Below, piece by piece: positions 38,707 to 47,968 of a DNA stretch of 64,000 nt. Origin of the DNA: a virus; the IMG/VR virus record IMGVR_UViG_3300036939_000021, positions 1-64,000 of that record. One strand, written 5' to 3'. The translations under genes were made by a program, and so were the position numbers. The notes beneath the pieces are model-generated. The model made no database searches and was not told the DNA's origin. It saw only the letters and a list, made by a program, of their open reading frames with translations. The stretch's first letter is position 1. Each line of letters starts with the position of its first letter.

Positions 38707-38850
38707 ATGATGATTCTGAGTAAACAAGATTCAAAAGTTTTTGTAGAAGTTTTGCTTAATCCTCCGGACGTATCAGAAAAACTACAAAAATCTTCTGAAA
38801 ACTATAAACAGAAAATTCTAAATAAAAGTAGTCCATCTAAAATCGCCTAG
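38707..38850 (+). CDS. 47-aa DUF1778/TacA C-terminal-like peptide
   Basis: Manual translation ILSKQDSKVFVEVLLNPPDVSEKLQKSSENYK. Confidence 0.5.
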   Translation: MMILSKQDSKVFVEVLLNPPDVSEKLQKSSENYKQKILNKSSPSKIA

Positions 38851-38913
38851 AAGACCTCTCTAATTTTTAGGCTATCTAGCCCTAGCCGCAAGCTTTTCGA
38901 GTCTTATAGACTC

Positions 38914-39274
38914 ACCTAGACCATAATAAAAAGCCCTCCAGGATTCTCGAAGGCTAAAATATTTTTAAAATATATCTTGACATCTTAGATTTTTATTATT
39001 AAAATAGAGGAGTCGGGAAAGAAAAGCTAAGGAAATCGAAAAATGCTAAAACCTAACCAAGTCATTCAATACAAAGGTCTACAAATCGCTATCTTTGCTA
39101 CAAAATCAATGAAATATGTAGCAACAGTAGGACAATACGACCACTACATGACAAATGATGTAGCGGCTCTAGGCTTAGAGAACGCTGAAACTGCTACAAA
39201 GAGCGCTAAAGCTTATATTGATGATTTGAAAAAGACAGCATAGAAGCTAACCTAGACCATAATAAAAAGCCCTC
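38914..39274 (+). repeat. 25-bp direct repeat ACCTAGACCATAATAAAAAGCCCTC (38914-38938 / 39250-39274)
   Basis: Exact repeat flanking promoter + ORF 39043. Confidence 0.9.
39043..39243 (+). CDS. hypothetical early protein
   Basis: Promoter 38977. Confidence 0.7.
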   Translation: MLKPNQVIQYKGLQIAIFATKSMKYVATVGQYDHYMTNDVAALGLENAETATKSAKAYIDDLKKTA

Positions 39275-39315
39275 TAGAATCCTAGAGGGCTTTTTATTTT
39301 ACTTAAATTTTGATT

Positions 39316-40317
39316 TTAAGCGGCTAATGTTTCCTTAGCGAATAGATATGATTCCAGTTGTTCTTTCTTTTCTGGTACATACTCAAGCCATACCTTACCA
39401 CATTCTTGTTTCATCTCTATAGAAAACTGAAAGTCTATAAAATTCTCGCTAGGTGCTGGATGTTGTTTTTTAGAATAATCCTGATAAGGATTGGTTAGTA
39501 CACGATAGAGTTTTTCTGGAAGTGTCTTTTGAAATTGTTGATAAGACTTTTCCCAATTTGCAATTGCTGTTTGAATGTCTTCCTCATAGTCTTCATCTTC
39601 TAATTGCTCTTGTGTGACTTGAGTGAAGCCATAGGAAAAGAGATCAATTTGTTCGCCAGTAAATAAAGTATCGATGAGTTTTAGAAATAATCCTTGTCGC
39701 TTTTGCTCTAATTGGTGTTCCTCGTATTCTTCTTGAGTCATATTTTCAACGGATTTAAATCCATTTTGACTGAGAAAGGGTGAGTACTCATCGCCTCTGT
39801 AATTGATGATTTCTAAGAAACGCATTTTATGGAGAGGCATAGGATACGCCCAAGGTTCAATAGTTTTGATTTGATTGTCTTTAGCTGCAAGAGCTTTTTG
39901 TAGTTCTACTACCGTTTGTCGTAATTCCTCAAGTTCACCTCCAACGTTCTGATACTCAGTAACAACAGCTTGCGATGATACACCCTCAAGCATAACTACT
40001 TTATCTTTACCGAGTTTCTTAATGACATCGATAACCCATAAACGTAATTCAATATTTGACCAGTAACCAAAATCAATCACCATTTCTTCCGTTCCCCAAG
40101 TCCCTCCATATTTGCCTTTTTGGACATCTAAAACTTTACCTTTAGTTTTTTCTAAAGCTCTTGTTAACGCTAAAGTATTCTCATTTCGTAAATAATTTCC
40201 TATTAAAGTATTGGTACTTTTTGCCATATCTGTTAAACATCCCCAAATAGAACCATCATCTCTTGTTTCAAAACGGATATTTTTACCTTGAAATTCTTGT
40301 GTAATAATATTTGACAC
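39316..40317 (-). CDS. KilA-N domain protein
   Basis: GCLTDMAK..NYLR..T..GGTW..V.DFGYW. Confidence 0.85.
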   Translation of the reverse strand: MSNIITQEFQGKNIRFETRDDGSIWGCLTDMAKSTNTLIGNYLRNENTLALTRALEKTKGKVLDVQKGKYGGTWGTEEMVIDFGYWSNIELRLWVIDVIKKLGKDKVVMLEGVSSQAVVTEYQNVGGELEELRQTVVELQKALAAKDNQIKTIEPWAYPMPLHKMRFLEIINYRGDEYSPFLSQNGFKSVENMTQEEYEEHQLEQKRQGLFLKLIDTLFTGEQIDLFSYGFTQVTQEQLEDEDYEEDIQTAIANWEKSYQQFQKTLPEKLYRVLTNPYQDYSKKQHPAPSENFIDFQFSIEMKQECGKVWLEYVPEKKEQLESYLFAKETLAA

Positions 40318-40321
40318 TATT

Positions 40322-40510
40322 TTAGTTTCCTTGTTGTTTTTGTGAAGTTTGAGTGAGATTGTTACGAAATTGCTCTAAAGCAACCTTAATAACAGCATTA
40401 GCGGAAATCTGATGATCAATTGAGTAAGACTTTAACCATTCTTTAAGTTCAGCCGTAAGTCTTACCGACATAGTTGGAACCAAATGTCCGGATGAATCTT
40501 TTTTGTTCAT
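40322..40510 (-). CDS. RHH/Arc-like regulator
   Basis: MSVRLTAELKEWLK......ISANAVIKVALE. Confidence 0.75.
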   Translation of the reverse strand: MNKKDSSGHLVPTMSVRLTAELKEWLKSYSIDHQISANAVIKVALEQFRNNLTQTSQKQQGN

Positions 40511-41917
40511 ATCTAAATACTAACAAATGGTGTTTCCGGTGTCACCAATTTCTAGATATTCGTTACATAAGTTAAATGTGTTAGTTCACATAAATTGAAC
40601 TACTATACCCTGTAAGGCTTTCAGCCATTTAACCTTTTCTGATATGACCAGTTTTTCTATCCCCTAATCTCTAAATTACCTCAAAACCTTAACTTTTAGC
40701 CCTCCCAAGAAGCCTGAACCCTATACAGAGCATGAAATAGCGGTTTTTAGCCGTTCTTCAGAATCTCAAATAAGTATAAATACTTATGAATAGTTGAATC
40801 CTTGATTATATAAGGCTTTGAACCCTACACTACCCCAAAAAATCGAGGGTAAAACCTTCATTTCAGCCTTTGAAAAGCCTTAGTGACAAGTTGAAATTCG
40901 TAATATGACGTATTTTAAGATAATTTTTGGAAAGCCTGAATCGTTGATGGTTCTTAAGGTCTAGCGATTTGACCCCTTAAGAATCCCCATAGTTATTATT
41001 CCATTAGTGGCTTTCTCTCTAAAGACCCCCAAGTTAGTGCTAATCTTGATTTTTTTCTAGATTTTTGCAACTGGGCTGAAAGTATTGATTTTCCGTTGTT
41101 TTTAGTAGGTTCTGTAATAGAGTGTATAGTCTCTAATCAAATATCATATGAATTTAGTAGTGATATATCTGACCTAATTGCGGTTCAGTTAACCCACATA
41201 GGTCATATGCCAAAACGTTCATAGGAGTAATGTCCGAATAGAGTATGCACGTCTTAAAGCTCAGGGCATAAAGCCCTACTGGAATAATTCATAGATTTTT
41301 GGGGGTGTGGGGGAGAATCTAGATTGCTATTGAGGCGTAGGGGATTGGATAGGAGTCTTGAGGATTCTCTAGGTGCCATCTAGGAGGGCTGTAGAGCCTT
41401 AAAAGCTATCTTGGATGATGAATGACTCCTCTTAGAGACTCTCAGGGGCTTGTAGGAGCATGGACAGATTTAGTGACTAGTTTGGGTGAGAGGGTTAGGA
41501 TTTGTTACTAAGTAACTATAGTTATGTAGTTTGATGTTTTTGGATGGATTTTGAGTATACTACCTATCTTACTAGTTCCAAAAGTCTAGGATGACGTTAG
41601 AGTCAAGCATTCAGCTATTAGAGAAAAAAGAACACTAGAATGATACTTTCAGCGACTAGCTAAGTTAAGTAACAAGTTACTTTGTATTTTGGAGTAGTAG
41701 ATCGGTATTATATGCTTTCCAAAAATTCAAAGAAATTCTAAAAACATACTACATAGGCAGATTTCTATATAGAATCAATCCTCCAGCGTTTTTTATTGAG
41801 AATCGACCTAGCTTATCGCTAGAACCTTGATTCTATATAGAGGTTTTTGGAAAATAGGTACTAAAAAAACCTCTCAGAAGTCCTGAGAGGTTTTGAATGA
41901 TTTTATTTGGCGATAGG

Positions 41918-42067
41918 CTAGGTGATGCCTCTTGCTAGCCGTTCTAGAGTGTCGGATAGACTAGTAGCGTTTATTTCTGTTTGTTTTTCTTCAAGCCACT
42001 TGAGTACTGTTGGAGTAACGGTAAGGGTGAGTTTTTGCTTAGATTCTTTATATACATTTTTTCTCAT
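41918..42067 (-). CDS. 49-aa RHH-like regulator
   Basis: Manual translation KQKLTLTVTPTVLKWLEEK..SLSDTLERLARG. Confidence 0.7.
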   Translation of the reverse strand: MRKNVYKESKQKLTLTVTPTVLKWLEEKQTEINATSLSDTLERLARGIT

Positions 42068-42137
42068 AAGTAGTGTAATACCCGTTTAAAATACGTGCTA
42101 TAATTAAAGAGTAACGCAAATAGAAGGATTTTGCAAG

Positions 42138-42857
42138 ATGTCAGTTATTCAACAATGGCAGGGATCGGATATAAGATTTGAGACGCGTAAGGATGGACGT
42201 GTTTGGGGATGCCTTACAGATATGGCACAAGCAACAGGCAAACTAGTAGCCGATTATCTACGTCTTGTATCTACCCAAGATTATTTACAAGCTTTATCAG
42301 ATGATATGGGAATCCCCATAGCTAACATACTTTATGCTATTCCAGGTCAAAAAACAGGAACTTGGGCTATTGATGAAGTAGTAATAGATTTTGCACAGTG
42401 GTGCAATGTAAAGTTTCGGATTTGGGTGAATCGTGTTATTCGGAGTTTGATTATAGAGAAATCAGCATCATTTTTAGATGATTCTGTAGAAGAAAAAGCT
42501 TTATCGATGATTAGCAATTTAATTAATCAGATGGAAGCAAGTGTGAGTGATCCGTTAGCTGTTAGTCGTTATGGTAAGGCTATTGATGTTTTGAATGTAA
42601 CATTACATCGTAATCAAACGGCAATGTTAAAGGATATCAAAACTAACTCTGTTTCTGATTTCTTAGAACAACACGTAGAAGAGTTTAAAGGAGAGAAGAT
42701 GATAGCGAAAGACTTGTATCACAGTTATTGCCGTTTTTGCTTAAAAAATAAATATACAAAAGAGACATTAACATCTTTTGGTAAATATGTTAGTACAGTG
42801 TATGAAAAACATCGTACAAATAAAGGAGTAATTTATTTAGATATGCGGTTAAAATAA
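42138..42857 (+). CDS. KilA-N domain protein with C-terminal winged-helix (primase D5_C-like)
   Basis: GCLTDMAQATGK..DYLR..GTW..FAQWC; DLYHSY..FC..T.TSFGK. Confidence 0.8.
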   Translation: MSVIQQWQGSDIRFETRKDGRVWGCLTDMAQATGKLVADYLRLVSTQDYLQALSDDMGIPIANILYAIPGQKTGTWAIDEVVIDFAQWCNVKFRIWVNRVIRSLIIEKSASFLDDSVEEKALSMISNLINQMEASVSDPLAVSRYGKAIDVLNVTLHRNQTAMLKDIKTNSVSDFLEQHVEEFKGEKMIAKDLYHSYCRFCLKNKYTKETLTSFGKYVSTVYEKHRTNKGVIYLDMRLK

Positions 42858-42995
42858 AAATTGAAATGCGGTTTTTTGTCAAGTATACAAATCTGACTTT
42901 CCCAGAGGTCAGATTTTTTTTTAATATTTTATTGACATCTTAGATTTTTATTACCATAATAGAGGAGTCGAAAGAGAAAGCTAAGGAAAACCAAA

Positions 42996-43217
42996 ATGAG
43001 CTTATACATTAAGAATGCTGACCCTCTTTTATTTGTCTATGAGACTAGCGATCCAGAATCGGGAGAACCTGATTATCTTTTGACTACAACTTGCCCTTGT
43101 CTGGTAGGAAAGACTTCAATAGAACAAGCGATTATTCGAGATTCGTATGTAAATGAAACGGATGAAGATGAAGAAAAAGGAATAGCTTTAGTTTCTGAAT
43201 GGCTTAGAACACACTAA
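42996..43217 (+). CDS. hypothetical early protein
   Basis: Promoter 42932. Confidence 0.65.
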   Translation: MSLYIKNADPLLFVYETSDPESGEPDYLLTTTCPCLVGKTSIEQAIIRDSYVNETDEDEEKGIALVSEWLRTH

Positions 43218-43279
43218 GAAATTTTCAATAATTCCAGGGATGCATCTACTAGGACAAAACACATAACTAAGGAAAAAAG

Positions 43280-43540
43280 ATGACATATATACCACAAAAA
43301 ATAATAGTCATAGATTTATATGGATCAGGATATGCTGTCTTAATAGATGCTAAGAGAGAACATGAAAAAGTTTGGTTTTCACATTCAGGTTTAACAGCTT
43401 GTGTAAGGAATAGACATCGAGTCAATGGGATTATAGAAAAAACAAGAATGAAAAATCCCAATATAGAGATTATTGAACACTATCATGATGGACATAATGA
43501 ATATATGCCATTAACTGAAGAAAGCAGACGTATTTTATAA
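43280..43540 (+). CDS. hypothetical protein
   Basis: AAGGA RBS. Confidence 0.6.
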   Translation: MTYIPQKIIVIDLYGSGYAVLIDAKREHEKVWFSHSGLTACVRNRHRVNGIIEKTRMKNPNIEIIEHYHDGHNEYMPLTEESRRIL

Positions 43541-43592
43541 ATTATTAGAATGCATATACTAAGACAAAAAACCTCACATGGAATAATTCAAA

Positions 43593-43850
43593 ATGACAAC
43601 GACACAACAGACAGAACAAGATCAAGCAGAACATTACAAACGGTTATTTAACAAGTTTGCTGAAGGTGTCATAATGCTTTACAAACAAGCACTTGTTCTA
43701 AAAACACCTGAAGCATATCGATTCTGGAACTTACGAGAAGAAAACCTCTACAAGCAAATTACAGAGAATTTGAATGAGACAGACAAAAAGGAATTGCTCC
43801 GAATTCTGGTAATTGCTAATGAACGAGCGGTCAAAGTAATTCGTAAGTAA
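43593..43850 (+). CDS. hypothetical protein
   Basis: Operon position. Confidence 0.6.
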   Translation: MTTTQQTEQDQAEHYKRLFNKFAEGVIMLYKQALVLKTPEAYRFWNLREENLYKQITENLNETDKKELLRILVIANERAVKVIRK

Positions 43851-43909
43851 TTTAATAATAAAAATTAGGGAGCATCTACTATTAAAAGTGAACACCCAAT
43901 GGAATAATC

Positions 43910-44095
43910 ATAAAATTTGCAAAATTAGCTCTAGGTTTAACTCTTACGTTTTCTATCATTGTTGGTAATATTTATATTGTTGTAAAACCTTTGATAGCTT
44001 CTGAGACTCAAAGTTAGTGTAAAAAAGAAAAATCTAGTCCTTGTCCTGGTATGGGTAGGAGAGAGTACAATAGAATGATGTTTTCTTTTTCTTAG
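43910..44095 (+). pseudogene. decayed PatX-like secreted peptide gene
   Basis: (ATA)KFAKLALGLTLTFSIIVGNIYIVVKPLIASETQS*CKKEKSSPCPGMGRREY; no ATG, TAG at 44015. Confidence 0.4.
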
Positions 44096-44355
44096 CTACC
44101 ACAGTCTGACTTTTTATCAGGTCAGACTTTTTTTGTTTTAAATATTTTAATATTTTACTAATTTAGACTTTTCTAGAAGCCTCAATAATATTGGATAAGG
44201 GAATAGGTCATTTTCTTTATTTTTAAGGCTCTAGAGCCATTCTAGAGGGCACCTAGAAGATTAGAAAAGTCTGCTAGCTTTCGAGATTTTTCGAAATTTA
44301 TATATTTTCTAATAAAACAAAACAAAAAAAAATGGGGGATAGCTCCCCCAAGTCT

Positions 44356-44709
44356 TTATTCTTTTGTTTCCATCCAGTCTGCTAGTTTGGCTTTTCCTCC
44401 TTTTTTAATTATTCTCGTGTATTCTTTGTATTTTTCTTTGTCAGCTTTGCAAATTTCGGTCAAGTCTTTCAGAGTCATTTTAGAGAAGTTTGTCGGTTTT
44501 TCTGGAGGACTTTCTATAGGAATAATTTCTTGTTTTGGTTCTGGTTTTTTGATGATTTCTTTTGGCTTTTCTTCTGGTGTGTAGGGCTTGACTGGTGGAC
44601 AGTAAGTAGCCATCCAGGTTATGTGAGAGTGGTAGAAAGCATGAGCGATGATTCCAGAGAATCCTATGATTGCAATAGACTCGATTGCTGAGGTGAGAAG
44701 TGCTTGCAT
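44356..44709 (-). CDS. membrane-anchored protein with C-terminal Rho-N/HeH-like motif
   Basis: N-terminal hydrophobic helix, Pro-rich linker, FSKMTLKDL..IC; minus-strand early promoter at 44827. Confidence 0.7.
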   Translation of the reverse strand: MQALLTSAIESIAIIGFSGIIAHAFYHSHITWMATYCPPVKPYTPEEKPKEIIKKPEPKQEIIPIESPPEKPTNFSKMTLKDLTEICKADKEKYKEYTRIIKKGGKAKLADWMETKE

Positions 44710-44912
44710 TGTCTATTTCCTTAGATTTTCTTAGCTAGGCGATTTAGAGAGGTTTTAGAGCTTTTTGAGGCGTCGCTCTTTTTCTTCCCTACTCTTCTAT
44801 TTTATTAATAAAAATCTAAGATGTCAATAAATATAATATAAAGTTTTTATGAATAATTTTTTTTAAACTAATAGATTCACGATAAGATATTAAAAATAGA
44901 TTTGATGAATAA

Positions 44913-45659
44913 ATGGTTGAATTATTAAAAGATCCATATTTTCGAGTACAACTAGATAAAGATGCAAGTTCACCTAATCCGGAAGCTGCGATATGGAATG
45001 CACAACATATTTGTGTAGCTGAGAAAGATTCTTATCATGATCAGCTACCTTTAGAACCTGGAAAAGCAATAATAAAACATCAATTAGAAGGTGGAAAGGG
45101 TCACTATTCAGTAGCTGCTTTTGCTTTTGCAAAAATAGATTTTTATGGTTTCTCGCATGATGCTATTATGCAGATGAGAACTCATCACACTAGTGGTAGT
45201 GATGTAAGATTTCTAGTACAAAGTTCTCGTTATACTTCTCAGAGATTTATAGATGTAGCTGAAGGAAAACTAAAACCAGAGGAAGTATTTTATTGGCGTC
45301 CTTTAGGAAAATATACAAGTCGTAATGGTTGGTATGAAAATAGTGATTTAGTACAGAATATTTTTTATGAGCAATGTAGAGAAAATTGTAAAGTCTATGC
45401 TGATTTAGTTTTAGAGTACAATCAACCTTATGAACAGGCAAGAAACGTACTTTCACAAGGAATACGACAAGATTTCACAATAGCAGCAACGTTAAAAGGA
45501 TTTTGGCATTTACTCGATCAAAGAACAAAAAAAGATTCTCAACTAGAAATTCAAACTTTAGCAGAAATGTTACAGCAAGAATTAGAAAAATGGTGTCCTA
45601 CACTTTCTTATTGGTACAGAGAGAATCATATTAAAAAATCTAAGAAATTATTACCTTAA
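44913..45659 (+). CDS. thyX: FAD-dependent thymidylate synthase ThyX
   Basis: GHYS..; Q.RTH..F.VQSSRYT; EQAR.VL; LDQR....SQLEIQ.LA. Confidence 0.88.
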   Translation: MVELLKDPYFRVQLDKDASSPNPEAAIWNAQHICVAEKDSYHDQLPLEPGKAIIKHQLEGGKGHYSVAAFAFAKIDFYGFSHDAIMQMRTHHTSGSDVRFLVQSSRYTSQRFIDVAEGKLKPEEVFYWRPLGKYTSRNGWYENSDLVQNIFYEQCRENCKVYADLVLEYNQPYEQARNVLSQGIRQDFTIAATLKGFWHLLDQRTKKDSQLEIQTLAEMLQQELEKWCPTLSYWYRENHIKKSKKLLP

Positions 45660-45665
45660 AACAAG

Positions 45666-46196
45666 ATGACTATATTAGTTGACTGGCAGATAAGACAAGA
45701 AGCCTTACGAAATAATTTAGTAGTGCCTTTTGATGAGGAGATGCTCAATCCTTGTTCTATTGATGTGAGAGTAGGACATACAGCAAAACTTCGGATAGTT
45801 GGAGGATGGCAAGATATAGAATTAGCACATTATGGGGAAACATTTCCTTATATGCTTTATCCAGGAGATAGAGTTTTAATAGCTAGTTTAGAGACTTATA
45901 ATTTTTCTGAAAATTTAGCTGGACAGTTTAAATTAAAATCTAGTCGAGGTAGAGAATGGTATGAACATTTAGAAGCGGGATGGATAGATCCAGGATGGCA
46001 CGGAAGTAAATTAACAATGGAAATTATTGCAATGGATGTATCACCATTGCCTTTATATCCAGGTTTAAGAATGGGTCAAATAATATTTTTTAAATTAGAT
46101 GAAATACCAGAGAAATCTTATAGTGTGACTGGAAAGTATAATAATGATGTAACGGTACAAGAGAGTAAAGATAATATTTTTAGTATAAAATATTGA
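45666..46196 (+). CDS. dcd: dCTP deaminase
   Basis: NPCSIDVRVG; KSSRGR; AGWIDPGWHG.LTMEI; GQIIF..Y..KY. Confidence 0.92.
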   Translation: MTILVDWQIRQEALRNNLVVPFDEEMLNPCSIDVRVGHTAKLRIVGGWQDIELAHYGETFPYMLYPGDRVLIASLETYNFSENLAGQFKLKSSRGREWYEHLEAGWIDPGWHGSKLTMEIIAMDVSPLPLYPGLRMGQIIFFKLDEIPEKSYSVTGKYNNDVTVQESKDNIFSIKY

Positions 46197-46623
46197 TTAT
46201 ATTTTCTCTAACTCTTCTTCTAAATCTAATAAAGTTCCCCAAGTTCTAGCATTTAACACACCGGAATCGTAAAGCATTTTTATAATCCTGGCTGTTTGTT
46301 TGCTGAGTTCTTGGGGATTATTTTCTTTAAGTGCTTCGGGAAAAGGTAAGAAATCCTCAAAAGTTGCATTCTCACCTGCCAACATTAGAGCAACTTTTGC
46401 TATCGACTTTGCATTAATATTTGCGTTAAGTCTCTCTAATTTTCCTATTTCTTTAAGCGTTTCCCTGATGATGTGACAGGGACATCTATGATAGATTCTT
46501 CTGTGGAAGATTGGATCGCTAATATTTCTGGCTGTAAGTTTGTAGTATCCGGTTCTGTAAAATTCTTGTTGCTCTCTGACGGAATCGCGATAACTTCGTA
46601 ACCGTTCAAGTATTGTTTTTTTT
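46197..46623 (-). CDS. -1 frameshift extension (gpT-like) of the tail chaperone
   Basis: -1 frame open from the A8 run (46616-46623) through TILERLRSY...MLAGENATFEDFLPFP to stop 46197. Confidence 0.75.
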
Positions 46624-47254
46624 CCTGTGGAACTGTATCATCTACCGATTCCCATTCTCTCTCCTCAGCTAGAGCAAAACCAGCTAGTTCTCGAATATCA
46701 GACATAGGAAGTTTAGAAATTATTCTATTAAAAATCGCAATACGTTTTTCAGAACTTAACCACTGTTCCTCAGGAATTGCTAATAATTCTGATGTTTCTT
46801 TAGGTTCTAGGGATAATCTGTAAGTTTTATTTATTTTAGTAAGATTTTCTACAAGCCATTGTGAATCTAGACGGCTAGAAAGAATCATTAAAGCTACTGC
46901 TTTAGTTTGTATAGTATTTATTTTTTCAGGATTATTTTGTTGAGAAAGTACAGTCATATGCTCTTTAAATTTTATCGAGAATGACATGAGCTTCAGTTGT
47001 TCATTCTCATCAGCTATTACTTTATTTTCTAAAATTTTTGAAATAAAACTTAAAGCTTCTTCTAGCGGTATATTTTCTTTTTCTGATACTGCTATTGCAA
47101 ACTTTTCAATAGCATCGAGTTTTTGGAGTTCATGACCTCTAACTTTATCAGCCATGTATTCTGTTTCTTCTACTGTGAGACTTCCCATTTTTGCTAGAGG
47201 AAAGGGGAAAGAACCAACAGGGTAAAGAGAAGAGAAAACACTGGAATCATTCAT
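46445..47254 (-). CDS. tail assembly chaperone (gpG-like)
   Basis: Downstream of tail-tube genes on the same strand; slippery GAA AAA AAA near the C-terminus. Confidence 0.65.
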   Translation of the reverse strand: MNDSSVFSSLYPVGSFPFPLAKMGSLTVEETEYMADKVRGHELQKLDAIEKFAIAVSEKENIPLEEALSFISKILENKVIADENEQLKLMSFSIKFKEHMTVLSQQNNPEKINTIQTKAVALMILSSRLDSQWLVENLTKINKTYRLSLEPKETSELLAIPEEQWLSSEKRIAIFNRIISKLPMSDIRELAGFALAEEREWESVDDTVPQEKKQYLNGYEVIAIPSESNKNFTEPDTTNLQPEILAIQSSTEESIIDVPVTSSGKRLKK

Positions 47255-47407
47255 ACAAAAGTAATATAAATTGTTCAATATATTAATTTAACACATATAG
47301 AAGTTAAAAATATTAAAATAAAGATTTTATAAATTTTTTAATAGATATTGACAGCATATTAGATTTTAGCTATTATAGAGAAGTCGAGCTAAGAGAAGCA
47401 AAGAAAA

Positions 47408-47629
47408 ATGAAATTAACTTACTGGGTAGCTGTCAATAAGCAGGATGCTTCTTGCTATAATCTTCGAGCTAAAACTAAGAAACGGGTTTTAGAATTAATA
47501 AAACTTTCAGGGCATGATGATGAACACTATGGAACACCGAAAAAAGTAGAAATAGAGTATGATGATGGATTTGATTTATTAACACAAGCTTTAGGAGAAG
47601 GAGGACTAAGCTATTTAGAAGAAGATTAA
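47408..47629 (+). CDS. hypothetical early-type cassette gene inside the tail region
   Basis: Promoter 47348 and terminator near 47645. Confidence 0.7.
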   Translation: MKLTYWVAVNKQDASCYNLRAKTKKRVLELIKLSGHDDEHYGTPKKVEIEYDDGFDLLTQALGEGGLSYLEED

Positions 47630-47698
47630 GATGATTAAAAAACAAAAAATCTCTTAGATAGCTCTAAGAGATTTTTTGTTTAATAGTTTCATATGGAA

Positions 47699-47968
47699 TC
47701 ATTCATTTAGTTTTTCAAAATAAACTTTAATATTATTGTTTATATCACATAATCGAGCATATGTTTCTACTTGTAGTTCTTTTGGTACAAGTAATCTACG
47801 ACCATCTTTAATTAATTCTGAGCCGTAAAATAAACGTTGTGGATTTTTAGTAAAAAAGAGAGCGCAACCACAAGTTACATGATTTTCAAAAAGTTTACAA
47901 TTTATTAATATTATTGTTTGTCCTTTAGAAGCTAAATAATTATAGAAATTATTATCCATATTAAACAA
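47699..47968 (-). CDS. hypothetical protein
   Basis: Overlaps the stop of 47961. Confidence 0.55.
   Translation of the reverse strand: MFNMDNNFYNYLASKGQTIILINCKLFENHVTCGCALFFTKNPQRLFYGSELIKDGRRLLVPKELQVETYARLCDINNNIKVYFEKLNE

Larger units (their letters stand above)
37597..39046 (+). repeat. about 90-bp near-identical promoter+leader repeat (37597-37686 / 38956-39046)
   Basis: AAAATATTTTTAAAATATATCTTGACATCTTAGATTTTTATTATTAAAATA.AGGAGT.GG..AGAAAAGCTAAGGAAA.CGAAAAATGC; relatives near 36621 and 42932. Confidence 0.9.
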
